Notes: a model not told the origin generated them from the letters alone. Positions 1-13,734 are shown, numbered from the stretch's first letter. The stretch is 64,000 bases of DNA from Marsupella aquatica (GCA_973895155.1 OZ316891.1:27503561-27567560); one strand, 5' to 3'. Made by a program: numbers and translations.

Positions 1-3000
1 AAGATTCAAGTTCAGAAGACTATGTTGAAGAACATAACTCACCAGAAAACGTTCCTCTATGGATTGCAATTTTCCTGTTTGTGTTTGCAAGGACATGATG
101 CAAAGTCAATTGAAGCGAAGGTGCATTACTACAAGTTAGGTCACACTGTTGAAGCAGAGACTTTATATTTCGGGTCCGTGATTTGTAGATGGAGAAGATG
201 CTCTTTGTGAATTTTGATGATGAGCTTTCTCGACTTTGAAACACAGTCGTTAAGCCGGTTGTGATGAGCTGCGGCAAAGCTAGAAATACAGGTGGTGACT
301 CAATCATAAAGAGATCATCCGCATCTAACAGAAACAGAAGGAAGCAGCTTCAGAGCCATGGAAGTCGTCCAATTTGGTTGGCTTATGGCAGATAGAAGAT
401 TACCCTCTCCGAGTGGCAAGGATAATCTCCGTCTGGCAAAGTATTATCACAATCATTTCCTTCTTGAACAGAATGAAACTTAACGGTAGACAGATAGGTT
501 GATAAAATTGCAGAAGGCTAAACATAAAGATCCCCTAAAGAAAATAACATGTCTTTAAGCATATATGTCACTAAAACGTAAACTGGTTCCTATTCTTAGT
601 TTCCTAGGATATTTACTGAGGGACAATTGTTGAAATCCAGGTTGACATGGCTGCACAGAACAATGCCACTGTTCAGAAGAACTTTGATGGGCATGAAGGC
701 ACAATCTTTCCTGTACTCTGCTTTCCAACGAGTCTGAAGAACCGAATTTGTACCTCCCATTGACAATAATTAGACAGAGAGATTCAAGAGCAGATGTGAC
801 CATGAATTCGACAACCTACTATGTATCAGATTCGAAATTTTCACTTTGATGGGTGCAAGAAGGATGACGTTTCCGCTGTAGTCTGTCAGGACAAATCGAA
901 AGCAACAGTAACGAAACTGGCATTTGAGCATAGGGAATCCAAACCTCCAGCACCAATATGGCTTATTAACAAGTAAAGTTAGTTAGCCTGAAGGTACACT
1001 AGTCTCTGACTTAATTGCCCGCTTTGTTATTCTTGATCATCTAGACATGCTCTGCGAGTCCTCACCCTTGTATAAAAACCGTACTTTCAGGTTTCTCTTT
1101 GACCGGTTTTGTGGCCAATTCTGTCTGGTTACCGTTTCCCTGTACTCCAATTTCCTCTATTTTATTTACACCGTCCTCGTATGAATCAGTATGTTTCCAA
1201 CTTTCTCTTTGACCAGTTGTGTGGCCAATCCTCTGGCAAATGTTGCTGTATACTTTAATTTTCCTCTACCTCATATTTTGCAATATGCTTTAATTTCCGT
1301 CTATCTGATCTTCTGCAGACACTTCTTGTTTGAATAGATTTCTTTGAAGTCATCACAGCAAGTTCTTACCGTTGTATGAAACACCACCTTGGCAGCTTTC
1401 TCTTTCATTGACCAGTTGTGATGCCAATCCTCTCTGGCAAGTGCTGCACTACGCTCCAGTTGTCCTCTTTCATGTTCTGTAGACACTTCAATCCTGTTTG
1501 AATCTAATTCTGTGAAGCCATTTCAGTTCGATCTGAGTTGATTCCGTTCGAATCAATGCAATGGTTTGGGATTTGATATACCTGGTTTTTTGAATTCAGT
1601 GGTTGATTACAGGCTTTCGGAAGCAAGAGGGAAAATTAACTCGGAAAATTAATTCGGAATATCCAGGAGTCGACTAATGTCATACATTTTCTACCTCCAC
1701 TAGCCCAATGCATCTGCATTCCACTGACAGAAGATGTCAAGGCGGGATCAAACAGAATTCCCATCTATAGTATTTGATCTCGGCCTTACTCAATTACAAA
1801 ACTACAATATCATGCTGTGTAGCCCAATGCCCGTCCATTGCAAGCATGCTATTATTGAGAGGGCGGGGTGAAAGACGAGTGACAGCGGCTAGGGTGTCTT
1901 GGGATCAGGCTTGAATGGTCACTTTGGGCTAAGATTGTGGAGAGAGCAAAGAAAACGCGATTGGCGAGAGCAAAGACAACGCCAGAAAGGGATTTGCTCC
2001 ATTTGCCTCCCTTCATTCCTTCCTTTCTGCTCTCCCTCCCTCTATTCCTCCCTCCCCTCTTACAACTGAAAATGAGAAGAAATACACAGGGGACAAAAAC
2101 AAATTTATCCCAAAGAACAAAGAATGTTCCCTTCCTCCGAAGCCTTGTATGGTGCCCTGGGAAAGTGGACGTGCATTAACTTGACGTAGATTTAACTCAC
2201 GGCCAAAATGCCAGACAAAAAGCCAAAGAAGCTCTCATACCAGACCATGTATTTCACATGGAGCGGTTAATATCTGTTAAAAAGCACTCATGGAGAAAAA
2301 TTAATGTATCTGTTAAGTACCTATGTGGAAGCAAGTATATTCATTGGGTATACCCCTTTACTCAATCCAAGGGTGTGTAATCACTAGTATATTACATCTG
2401 AGAGTACTGACTTGTTCCTTCCTTTTTCAGTTTAATAAACATGGGAATAAACAGAGAATGGGGAGATTTTGGTGGAATCCATCATTATAGTGGGTAACTA
2501 GCTCAATACTTGTTTGCACAGAAGCCCGTACAGAAGATGTTGTTTCACAAAAGACGCAATTAAAAAAGTAAATGATGTCTTTGTGGAGGAAAAAGATGTT
2601 GTTATTTATCAGTGTTTATCAAAGACCTTGTCATTTGAATTAATCAATGAGGAGGACTCACTGATATACAGTGTATTGATATAATACCTTGTGGCTGCAT
2701 GTCATCATGAAACCACTGACAGGGAAACTTTGCAGTGATTTAGGGTTTAGGGGTGTATTAAAACACTCCCCATGTATGACCTTTCTTAGTGTTGCTACTA
2801 TTGCTGAGGAGAGTTGGTATGGCCAACATCCCTAAAGTGAAATAAGAAAAACTTTTCATTGTAACTAGTATGTTCCCATAAACATAGCCTCATCGGAAAT
2901 GAACCATATATGTGTCTTTGAGAGCTGTGTTGACTTTCTTTGTTGGATAGTCATGTGCATGGCAAGTTGCATCTTTGCACAACATAGAGCCTTCTCATTA

Positions 3001-4584
3001 AATTTTTTAGGAATATTAATATAAAGAATGTATATGGAAGTAAGGGCTAAACAATTCAAAAATGGCACATTTCATTATCGGGGTCTTTACGCAATATATA
3101 AGTTCCGAACAACTTATGTGAAACTTGACAGTGAAATCCATAAATAGTCCAAACCTTCACACATGATGGGGATGCATTCAACCCCGAGGCGCTGATGCAT
3201 TCCCAGAGTTAGTGGTGAGAGTTTTGGGAACTACAAATTTTCAACCCGCGATCCGGCCAGTCCACAATATCGGTGTTGCATAAAACATCTGCGGAACTCG
3301 TGTAGATTCATTTCAAGCCCGCTTACGGAATTGATTGTCGGATTGTGGAACAAGTTTTCGCTCCCCAGTGAGTGCCCGTACCGTCATGGGGCCTTGTTAA
3401 TTTTATCCGAAATTCCTCGGGACGGACAAGGGCCTCCCCTACTACACTACTGGGGACGAGGTACAGCTATTTTCCCGGCACCAGCAAAGTTCGGGACCGT
3501 CTACACGGTGTACCGACACGCTGGCAAGGGCCAATGCCTGTGAGAACTCGACAAAGGATGGAGAGTAGTGCTCGGGGACCAGGACGTGCACTTTTTCTAC
3601 GGATCGAGCCCCATCGCTGGGAGGTTTTCTCGGCCCGGGATGAGCGCCTTTCGTTAGGAATACTTAATTAAGCCAGAACGACGATCCGTGTACCCAATAG
3701 GTGAATTTAGTGCCAGTGAATTTGTTTGTTTTTAAATTTTTCTGTGCCTTATAAGAAATTGAAGCCGGGATGGATCCTCACGTTTTCCAAAATGCTCAGA
3801 TAGACTTAAGTTGCAGCCTGGATAGAGTGCAAAAAACCCTGTTTCTGCTCATATAGTATATATTACACTCATGACTAAAATGTAACATAAAACTACTTTA
3901 ATTGGATTTCTTCAGTGGACTTCTCAATGGAATTCGACCATATTAAGCTCACTAGAAAAACTAGCCCCCAAAACTAAGATTCCATTAAATATCAGGGAGA
4001 TGGCAAATTATGTCAATTGAAAGATGCTGAGTACACAAACTTTAGGAAACGCAATGGATGGAATGTGTCTCAGTGATAGAGCAACCTTCAGAAATTCATA
4101 ACTCCCTCAATTCTTCACAAACACTAGTCAGAGATGTTGGATTGGTTGGATAGCAAACCCTCTCTCTCTTTTTCTATCTTCTTTCTTAAAATTAATTTTG
4201 ATTTATGTCAGGGTGAAACCCATGGACTGGGAAACCAGCAGGCCAATAAAGCAAAATAGCACCCAAAGGGTGAAAAAGGCCAAGGCCCAGAAAGAAACAA
4301 GAGCAAAGCCCCTGCACACAGACAAACTAAGCCCGAGTTGCCCAGCCCAACCACAAATCAATCTCAAAGTAAAGGCCAGTAGTCAGCTCATACTCACCAC
4401 CAGGCAAAAGCAAATTAATCATAGTAAACCACAACTATTGAGGCTGGCGAGCCAAAACAACAGAGCACCCATCCAACGTGCAGTGAGGTCAGATCAAGGA
4501 TTAAAAGGAGTCGTCCCACTCCAACCAGGAATGAGCATCAAGGCGACAGATAGATGAGTAGTTCAAGAGCTTGGTCCACGTGGG

Positions 4585-4941
4585 AGCATAATTTTCAGTA
4601 TCATTTTTTGCCTTATATATAGAGAAGAATGCACAGCCCAACTTGCATCAGGAATTCTGAAACTTCACCACTTTAATTTACCAATTGAAGACAATTCAGC
4701 CTTAAATGAATTGTAACCCTGTTAAAAGGGGGCAGTACATGAAGGTGTGAAAGGTGTCATAGTGCACGGGTTGCGCTTTGTCCATGCAGGAGCATTATTT
4801 TCCGTATCATTTGTTTGCCTTATATATAGAGAAGAATGCACACTCAGCCCAACTTTGGATCAGGAATTCTGAAACTTCTCCACTTTAATTTATCAAAACA
4901 GTTCAGCCTTAAATGAATTGAAACCCTGTTAAAAGGGGGCA
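4585..4941. repeat. Local ~150-bp direct duplication
   Basis: agcat..tttgccttatatatagagaagaatgcac..ctgttaaaagggggca occurs at ~4585-4733 and ~4792-4941. Confidence 0.8.
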
Positions 4942-5345
4942 ATAGCCCTTGGGAACTTGAATGAGGTAAAGCCATTTTTTGCCCAGAGAAGCATGGCTGT
5001 GTGGTAGCTCACTTGAGTGGAGATTGATAGGCTGTATTCAAATGTATTACTGACTCTTCCCTTTCTGTGAATTTTGAAAAATTCTCTTTAAACAAATAAT
5101 TTAAAGAAACCTAAACATGGTAACCAACTGAAGGGAACCAAGCTCAGCTTCCACTTTGTGTAGCCACGTCATTTTGGTGGTTATAAGTGTCCCGATAATT
5201 AGCCAAGAAAGGAAACAACTACTGTAATTCAGGGTGTGTAGTTGACTTGCCTTCCCACATATTTGAATTTTACAATACTAGCCTGACTACTCATTGAATT
5301 TTACAATACTAGCCTGAACAGAATTGAAAACAAAGAAATTTGGAA

Positions 5346-5449
5346 AAAAAAATCTATACTCTTTTTGGTTATCTTTACTCTGACAGCGTCGAGTAAATGC
5401 GTCGGGTAAAAAAATTAGTCGGATAACCAAAAAGAGTATAGATTTTTTT
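5346..5449. repeat. Short inverted repeat (28-bp arms), MITE-like foldback
   Basis: aaaaaaatctatactctttttggttatc (5346-5373) is the reverse complement of gataaccaaaaagagtatagattttttt (5422-5449). Confidence 0.75.
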
Positions 5450-6289
5450 AACCGACTCTTTACTATCTATACCCATTTTTTTGTGCACCTTTTAGATCTG
5501 TCTTATTCAGAGTCATTATACATTTTGTCCTTATTTGAGTTACAGCGAGTTACAGGCTAGAGGCTTCACTCTATACTGTAATCCTTAAAAGTAGCTTCTG
5601 TTTGCGATTATATAGTAAGATAAAAACAGGGCATCCGGGAACCTTCACTCTATACTGTAACCCTTAAAAGTAGTTTCTGTTTGCGATTATATCAAGAACT
5701 ATAATACAAGGTTGCGCCCTTTTCTACCGTGGTCGTCATTCAAATATACAGTGTCCAAAAAAAAGATTCCATCAAAAGAGGAAGGAATAAATCAAAGATA
5801 AAAAAGTTTAGTGTGAATGAAAGAGGAAGAAACACTCAAAAGAGACAAAGAAAAGGAAAATGATTATTAAATAAACTCATGCAAGCACAAGGATCAATGA
5901 TGATCCCTCTGCTTTCCATCAATGCGGAAGTGAGACCAAGATGTTAATAAAAAATGTTCTATTTATCTTAGGCAATTTTTGTAATAATTATCAAAAAATG
6001 TAATACACTATGGCACCAATTTATACCATGGTCGCCTTTCAAAATTCCAGGGCCGTTTTGGGTGAAAAAATCAAAACCAGAAAAAATTGGAACCTATAAG
6101 ACAAAAAAAACCCAATTGGAAGCTCAAGCCATCACTTGGATTGCAGTGCTGCGATGTCAGCACACGTCGCGGCGACAGCACCAAGCCATAGCAAGTCGCG
6201 ACCCGCCCTGCCCAGCTCGCAGCAGCCAATGCTGGCTGGCTCCGCCCTCTGCCTCCCAGGCCCCCTTTTGCCTCCCCACTTCGCGGCCC

Positions 6290-6693
6290 TGTTGGGTATT
6301 TACTCTTACATCTAGGTTAGGTATGACGTGGGTTGGTACAACTACGTGGGTTGGTACAACTACGTGGTTAGGTACAACTACGTGGTTAGGTATAACTACG
6401 TGATTAGGTACAACTATGTGGTTAGGTACAACTAAGTTGCACACTATATCATAAGAGGCACGTGTGCTTTGAGAGGTAGAACCAAGGCTCATTGTTATGG
6501 AGCCACTTGAGAGATAGGGAGAGCTTACACTGTGGAGACTCGGTATAGCCGACGGGCTTAGAGTTCAGTAAAGCTCTCTTGTGTGTTCCTGTGGACGTAG
6601 CCTCAAGGAGGTGAACCACGTATCTCTTGTGTCGACTATTGTGCGTTGGATGGTTCATGGGCTTGCCGTTGCGATCATCGTCTATACTCAACA
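6290..6693 (+). repeat. 5' LTR of Copia element (404 bp)
   Basis: TG..CA termini; near-identical to 12347-12731; contains six ~18-bp units (ACGTGGkTwGGTACAACT-like). Confidence 0.95.
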
Positions 6694-6695
6694 AT

Positions 6696-6707
6696 TGGTA
6701 TCAGAGC
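6696..6707 (+). promoter_or_regulatory. Primer binding site complementary to initiator tRNA-Met 3' end
   Basis: TGGTATCAGAGC begins 2 nt after the 5' LTR; this is the canonical plant Copia PBS. Confidence 0.92.
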
Positions 6708-7842
6708 ATGCTAGGTGACGTGTGTTCGTGACAGGATTTCATGACGGTTTTTCCAGCATTGAGTGTCGGTGGATTTCCCAGAGTTCCGTCGCATGGAACT
6801 TGGAGTTTATGGGCTCAACGGATAGATCAGGGCAAGAGCTTTCTAACGGTGTGAAGAAATCGCTGAACGGAGCTCGTAGTGCAGAGAGATCTAAGTTTTT
6901 ATCGTTCTGGATTTTGTGAAGAAAGTTGGCAATCGACTCGGAGGGAGAAGCGTCAAGTGTTTTGACTCAACGGAGAGATTGAGGCAAGACGATTGTTTTG
7001 AGTCCGGGATTGGCTCTTTGATGCAAAGAGGACGGCTAAGCAAAATCAATTACCTTGTTGGACTTGGTGACGGCACCAAGTGCAATTGATCAACATTCGT
7101 TGTTGACAAGGTACCATTTTTTTTCTCTTTGAAAAACTGATTCGAAATTGGCTATGGCAATTGAGAGAAATCTGTCATCTTTACCAATTTTTTTCTCCCT
7201 CGTTCTTTCCTCGTTTTGGGTGCTTCTTATATCGATCTTCACTGCCTCGGAGTCTAGTTTCCAAATCTGAAATCAGATCTTGATTTCGTCAAAACCCGAG
7301 TGAGATATCTTGCGTTTGGTGTCGAGGGGTACATTCTGCCGTGTGTATTTTCTGGTGCGCGACCAGATTTCGACGACGAAGGGTGGTAGGGGGTTTTGGG
7401 GGTTCGAGGACACGTGTCAGCCCCTTGATTGTTCTTCCAAAATTCCCACAGGGCCTGTACAAGGGTCATAGAATATTCCAAAAAACTAGAGAGCTATTTT
7501 TTGACCGTCCGACAAAGATTTCATCCGCCGAACGGTAACTTTTTTGGTCATTTTTCGGCGAGATCGTAGCCATTGAAGTTGGCAACGCGGCGCACCAATC
7601 ACATCGCAATTCTAACAACGGGTTGTACTTGGTATTTCGGTTATTCCCTGAGGTGGTCAAAACGGGGGAGTTTCCCAAGGTTTTACCCACCTCGACCGAA
7701 ATTTGAATAACTTTTCCGTCAAATTTCGATTTTGATTTCGGTTTTCAGTATTGGACTCCTAGCTTTGTGGGCTACGCGGCGGTGTTGAGTTTCAAGTTTT
7801 TTGAGAAGTTGTGAAAAACAACATTTTTTGTGATTTTCTCAT

Positions 7843-10800
7843 ATGAGTGATTCGGAGGAGTTTTTCGAAGACGTGGAACTTGAAGCACGAGGATCACCGC
7901 GGAGGTTTCAGGGGCAGAGAGAGGAGCAGGAGGAAGAGCACGTGACACCGATACCATCACCGGTGCGGCGTGTGGTGGAGGAAGCAGTACTACTACCGGA
8001 GCTCACGGTAGTGCCAAAGAAGAAGATGGGGACTTTCAAGCTTGGGGGACCCAAGTATGAAGTGACAAAGTATGATGGGCGCTCTGACTACTTGCTATGG
8101 GAGAAGCAGGTGAAGGGAGTGCTCTATGCGTCAGGGATGGGCCAACTGCTGAGCCCTCGTGAAGACGATGTTGATGAGAAACAATGGGACCGCATGCAAG
8201 AGCAGGGAGTATGGTGTGTTACACTCTATCTCATGCCTCCCATCATCAAGCAGTTGGGTGCACATAAGGATTGCATGTCATTGTTTGCGGAATTGCAGAG
8301 CAAGTATCACCGCAAGGAGTTGTCGAACCGGCTCTACACTTCCTACAAACTGATGAGTTTCAGGATGAAGGAATTCGGTACGAAGTTGCAAGACCATGTG
8401 GATGCTTTCAACGACATGGTCGTTGACTTGGAAAACCTTGGGGAGACTTTGAATGATGAGACAAAGGCTCTACAGTTTCTTAGTTCATTGCCTCCATCTT
8501 ACCAGTCCCTATCACAAGTGTTGTTGCATCGTGATAGGGATACCATTTCATACAATGACGTGGTAAGTTCTCTGCTTAGTGATGATCTTCAGCAGAAGAT
8601 GCACATCACGTCACAGCCTTCATCATCTGGTGCTGCCCTCAATGTTAATCGTGGGAGGAGTATGCAACGACCAACTGGGGACCGTAGAACCCAGTTTAGA
8701 TCTAAATCCAGATCTAAGTCCAAGGGTAAATCCCCTCAGAGGAGGCAGGTGACATGTTGGAAGTGCAACCAAGTTGGACACTTCAAGCGAGACTTTAAGG
8801 GAAAGGCAGCGGAAACTTCATCGGCAAATGTGGCTAGGGCTGATGGAGAAGCTGATTTACTCAATGATGAGTATGTTTTATGAAGCCGGGGGTATGCCCT
8901 GTGCACGTCATCTAGGAGAGCAGATGATGTGTGGATTCTTGATTGTGCTTGCTCTTTTCATATTTGTTATATTCGTGAGTTTTTCAGTTCTTACTCTGTT
9001 TCAAACGGTTCAGTTCTGATGAGAAATGATCACTCCTGTCAAATTGAGGGAATTGGGTCTGTGAAGATTCAAATGTTTGATGGCGCTGTGCGCACAGTGT
9101 TCAGAGTCAGGTATGTACCTGGCATGCGTAAGAATCTGATTTCACTCGGTGTGTTGGATTCAAATGGTCATCAATGGAGCGTTATTAATAGTGAACTTCA
9201 AGTCAGGTCGGGAGAGACAGTGATTTTGAAGGGGAGTAGACAAAAGAATTTGTATGTGTTATAGGGCAATACTGTATGTGGAGAGGTCAATGTAACCAAG
9301 TCTCACGAGGAGATGACTCAACTGTGGCATTCACGGCTAGGCCACATGAGTGAGAAGAGTTTGGCTATCTTACGGAAGAATGGACTCATTTCTGATTTGC
9401 AATCTTTTAAATTAGAGTTCTATGAGCATTGCATTCTTGGAAAGCAGCATCGTCGTGCTTTTGGTGTTGGAACTCATCGTTCCAAAGCGGTTCTTGAGTA
9501 CATACATAGTGACGTGTGGGGTCCATCCCCGACTCCCTCACACTCTGGAAAGTTGTACTATGTATCATTTATTGATGATTACTCAAGATTTGTGTGGATT
9601 TATTTCATGACGCATAAGTCTGATGTCTTGTCCATTTTTAAGAAGTGGAAGGCCCAGGTGGAGAATCAGACTGGAAACACGATCAAGTATTTGGATACAA
9701 GGGTGAAGAGTTGGAGGTCAGACAACGGCGGGGAGTACACTTCAATGGAATTTGAAGAGTACGATTCAGAATAGGGAATAACTCGCCATCTCACCATAGT
9801 TTATACTCCGCAACAGAATGGTGTCGCCGAGAGGCTCAATCGGACACTGTTGGAGCGGTCACGGAGTATGTTGAGCCAATCAGGTTTACCACAAGAATTT
9901 TGGGCAGAAGCTGTTAATACCGCAGCTTATTTGGTAAATCTTTCTCTTTCTAGTGCTATCAATTTCAAAACGCCGTTTGAGATGCGCTATAAGCGGCAAG
10001 CAGACTATCATGGCTTGGTAGTTTTTGGAAGTGATGCATATGCTCTCACACCGAAGCAGAATAGGACCAAGTTGGATCCTACCTCCAAGAAATGTGTTTT
10101 TCTTGGGTACCAGAGTGTTGTGAAAGCCTATAGGCTATGGGATCCTATTGCCTGTAAGCTCGTTGTCAGTAGGGATGTTTCCTTCAATGAATCCAGATTA
10201 TTGAAGGAGAGGGAGAATACTCAGGTCTCCCGTACTGACAAAGGAAAATCTTCTATCCTGGATCTCGTTGAGGGGGAGATTGGTTATGAGGTGCATGACC
10301 GGAGAGAAGGAGTTGCTCCAATTATGGAGCTGGTTTCTATGCCAGAGGAACCAGAGGAGTTTGTTGATGCTGGTGAGCAGCAAGTGGATGCTGTTGAGCT
10401 TCAAATTGTACCAGCACACGCAGATCAACCGGAGTCATCGGCTAGAAGAGCATCTGGTCGCACTGTACGCGCTCCACCAAGGTATAGACAGTGGGTTGAT
10501 TCATCTCAACTGCAAGAGGATGATTTTGCAGCTGATGATGAGGGTGATGCGTTAATTTTGGAAGAAGGGGAACCTTCTTCATTTCATGAGGCAAGTGCTT
10601 CAAAGGAGAAGCAGAAGTGGACTGCAGCAATGCAAACGGAGATGCAGTCACTAAAGGACAACAAAACTTAGGAGCTTGTTAAGCTACCTAAGGGTCAGCA
10701 AGTGGTGGACAGCAAGTGGATTTACAAGCTGATGGATAATTCCATAGGAGGTGGATCGAAGGTCTACAAGGCTAGGTTGGTAGCAAAGGGATTCACACAA

Positions 10801-12156
10801 GAGAAAGGTGTGGATTACAATGAGGTCTTCTCACCAGTTGCTAAGTACTCTACAATACGACTATTGTGTGTACTTGTTGTAATGTTTGGTCTGCTGCTAG
10901 ATCAGATGGATGTTGTCACAACTTTCCTCTATGGCACATTGGAAGAGGTGATCTTCATGAGACAACCGCTAGGTTTTGTGAAGAGAGGACAGGAGGAATT
11001 GGTTTGCAGATTGCTGAAATCCTTGTATGGGTTGAAGCAGTCACCAAGACAGTGGAACAAGCGGTTTGACGATTGGATTCGGTCACAAGGTTTTCACAGA
11101 AGTGTATTTGACCCTTGTGTGTATTTGAAACCAGTGAAGAATGTTATCTTTGGGTTCATTGTTTTAGTACTTTATGTGGATGACATGCTAATTGCAGCCA
11201 AGGATAGGTCTGAGATTGTTAAGCTCAAGGCACTGCTTAGTACAGAGTTTAAGATGAAGGACTTAGGGCCAGCTAAGAGGATTTTGGGTATGGAGATCAC
11301 TAGGGACTTGGAGGCTGACAAGCTATGGTTGACGCAGAGCAGTTATGCGAGGAAGGTAATTGCAAGGTTCAACATGGGGAATAGCAAGCCAGTAAGTACC
11401 CCGTTGGCTTCACACTTCAAGTTATCATCAACGTTCTGTCCTACGGATGACACAGAGAAGGGGTTGATGTCAAAGGTTCCGTATGACAAGGCAGTGGGGA
11501 GTCTCATGTATTTGATGACTTGCACTAGACCTGATCTTGCCATGGCTATGGGCAAGGTGAGCAGGTACATGTCGAATCCAGGGAAGGTACACTGGGAAGC
11601 AGTGAAGTGGATTATCAGGTACTTGAAGGGTACCATGGATCATGGTCTTTTATTTGATGCGAATGCAAAGAATGCTAGATCATTGATTGGCTATGTAGAT
11701 TCTGACTATGGACAAGATTTGGACCGAAGGAGATCAACAACAGGATACGTGTTCACACTTGGCGGTGGATGCATAAGTTGGAGGTCTACTTTGCAGAAGT
11801 GTATTGCTCAGTCTACTACAGAAGCGGAGTATGTTGCAGTTGCGGAAGCAGCAAAGGAAGCGATTTGGTTGGATAGACTTATCACTGAAATGAGATTGCC
11901 ACAGGGGAATGTGAAACTCCATTGTGATAGTCAAAGTGTGCTCCACCTTGCTGTGAACCAGGTGATGGACAGTAGAGTGAAGCACATTGACGTCAGGTAC
12001 CATTTTATCAGGTAGACTGTGTCTGATAATTTGTTTGAGCTAGTCAAGATTGATGGTAAACTCAACCCGGCTGACGCATTTACCAAAGTGATTCATTTGG
12101 AGAGTTTCTCTAGACACCATGACGTATTGCAGGTTTTGCAATTGCATCACAAGTAG
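7843..12156 (+). pseudogene. Copia gag-pol polyprotein (gag, protease, GAG-pre-integrase, integrase, RT, RNase H)
   Basis: ORFs 7843, 8929, 9313, 9850 and 10702 share one frame, broken by stops at 8881, 9262, 9772, 10669 and 12013. Motifs: CWKCNQVGHFKRDF (knuckle, last C lost), WILDCACSFH (PR), WHSRLGH and HSDVWGP, SDNGGEY (INT), YKARLVAKG, LYGLKQSPRQW, LYVDDM (RT), GYVDSD and STTEAEY (RNase H). Confidence 0.95.
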
Positions 12157-12346
12157 AGTTTTCTTAACATTCATTGTAATTACTGATATATGCTCTTCCT
12201 CATTCCTATGTATTAGGCTACGGCTTAGTTCTGGTTTGCTCTAGTTAGAGAGGGAAACCAGTTTGGTTTTTGTCCAGAACTTCCCGCTGAGGGATCATAT
12301 ACATTGGCAGTATTACTCTCCCCTAGACCAGAGTCAAGGGGAAGAT

Positions 12347-12731
12347 TGTTGGGTATTTACTCTTACGTCTAGGTTAGGTATGACGTGGTTGATACAACAA
12401 CGTGGGTTGGTACAACTACGTGGTTAGGTACAACTACGTGATTAGGTACAACTATGTGGTTAGGTACAACTAAGTTGCACACTATATCATAAGAGGCACG
12501 TGTGCTTTGAGAGGTAGAACCAAGGCTCATTGTTATGGAGCCACTTGAGAGATAGGGAGAGCTTACACTGTGGAGACTCGGTATAGCCGACGGGCTTAGA
12601 GTTCAGTAAAGCTCTCTTGTGTGTTCCTGTGGACGTAGCCTCAAGGAGGTGAACCACGTATCTCTTGTGTCGACTATTGTGCGTTGGATGGTTCATGGGC
12701 TTGCCATTGCGATCATCGTCTATGCTCAACA
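12347..12731 (+). repeat. 3' LTR of Copia element (385 bp)
   Basis: Preceded by the polypurine tract 12336-12345; has five rather than six 18-bp units; followed by TSD GGCCC. Confidence 0.95.
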
Positions 12732-13149
12732 GGCCCCTCCTCTCAACGTACTCCCCCCTTGCCCTCCTTTAAATTTATCCTTTATAAAAGATTTAAATTA
12801 CAAAAACAATTTTAAAAATCATTCTCATTCTTTTGTACTTTGGTGGTGGTTGTCGCCTCTCTTTGTGTCATGACATCTCTCACTTGACAAATGTTTTTTA
12901 CGCAATGAGATGTTTCTAACAAAGATATCTTTCGCACCAAGATAATTTTTCAATTACATCTTTAGCACAACGTTACCTATTACGCATTGATATCTTTCTC
13001 CGAATGATATCTTTAGTAAACTACATCTTTTGCGCAACATCTTTTGAGCAACCACATATTTTACTTAATGATGTTTTTTATTTAACAAGACTGTAAAATA
13101 ATGCAACGATGTATTTATCCAACAACATCTTTTGTGCAACAGAGACTTG

Positions 13150-13310
13150 ACAACATATATCACTCACGACATCACTTTACTTATGAACCATTTTGTACTT
13201 AACAACATATATCACTCACGACATCACTTATGAACCATTTTGTACTTAACAACATATATCACTCACGACATCACTTTACTTATGAACCATTTTGTACTTA
13301 ACAACAACTT
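13150..13310. repeat. Tandem repeat, ~50-bp unit x3, inside the Helitron
   Basis: caacatatatcactcacgacatcact(ttact)tatgaaccattttgtacttaa is repeated three times. Confidence 0.85.
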
Positions 13311-13734
13311 TATACTTAACAACATCTTTTTTCTTAATGATATCTTGGGCGTTGTGATATCTTTTGTCTCAACGACATCTTTTTTCTCTATGACATCTTG
13401 GGTGACACGACATCTTTTCTATTAACGACATCTTGGGCGTCACGACATCTTTTCTCTTGATGTCTTGGGCGCATCACAACATTTTTTTCTTCACGACATT
13501 TTTTGTGCAATACACGGGTATTGAGCTCGTAGTAAGATAAAAACAGAGCATCCGGGAACTCCCTAAAAAATGACGAATGCCCAGGACAATGATGGCCATT
13601 TTCCCCTAACATCTGGTAAAAGTATTTAACTAATACACTTTAGGACCTCAGAAATTTTACTTTTGTACTGTTTTAGCAAAAACATAGAAGATGTTTCAAT
13701 TCATAATGCCCTACGCGAATGTGCAAGGTCATTG

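Larger units (their letters stand above)
6290..12731 (+). mobile_element. Full-length Ty1/Copia LTR retrotransposon (decayed, in-frame stops)
   Basis: Two TGTTG..CAACA LTRs, 5-bp TSD GGCCC (6285-6289 and 12732-12736), PBS TGGTATCAGAGC, PPT AAGGGGAAGA, and gag-PR-INT-RT-RNaseH order. Confidence 0.97.
5692..13529 (+). mobile_element. Non-autonomous Helitron-like element (~1.4 kb net), interrupted by the Copia element
   Basis: Starts TC (5692) and ends CTCG (13526-13529, a CTAG variant) after a Helitron-like subterminal hairpin (GTGCAATACACGGG). It sits between A and T with no TSD. The adjacent tandem duplicate (5565-5641) shows the empty site gcgattata|tagtaagataaaaacag; its two halves lie at 5683-5691 and 13530-13559. 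Confidence 0.7.

Noticed and set aside
2738-2752. TTTAGGG telomere-like repeat
   Set aside because: Only two units; too short to call an interstitial telomeric array.
6324-6433. Regular 18-bp repeats that could be taken for a CRISPR array or a repetitive protein (ORFs 6062-6403, 6157-6492)
   Set aside because: Head-to-tail units with no unique spacers, inside a Copia LTR in eukaryotic DNA; the ORFs are by-products of the repeat.
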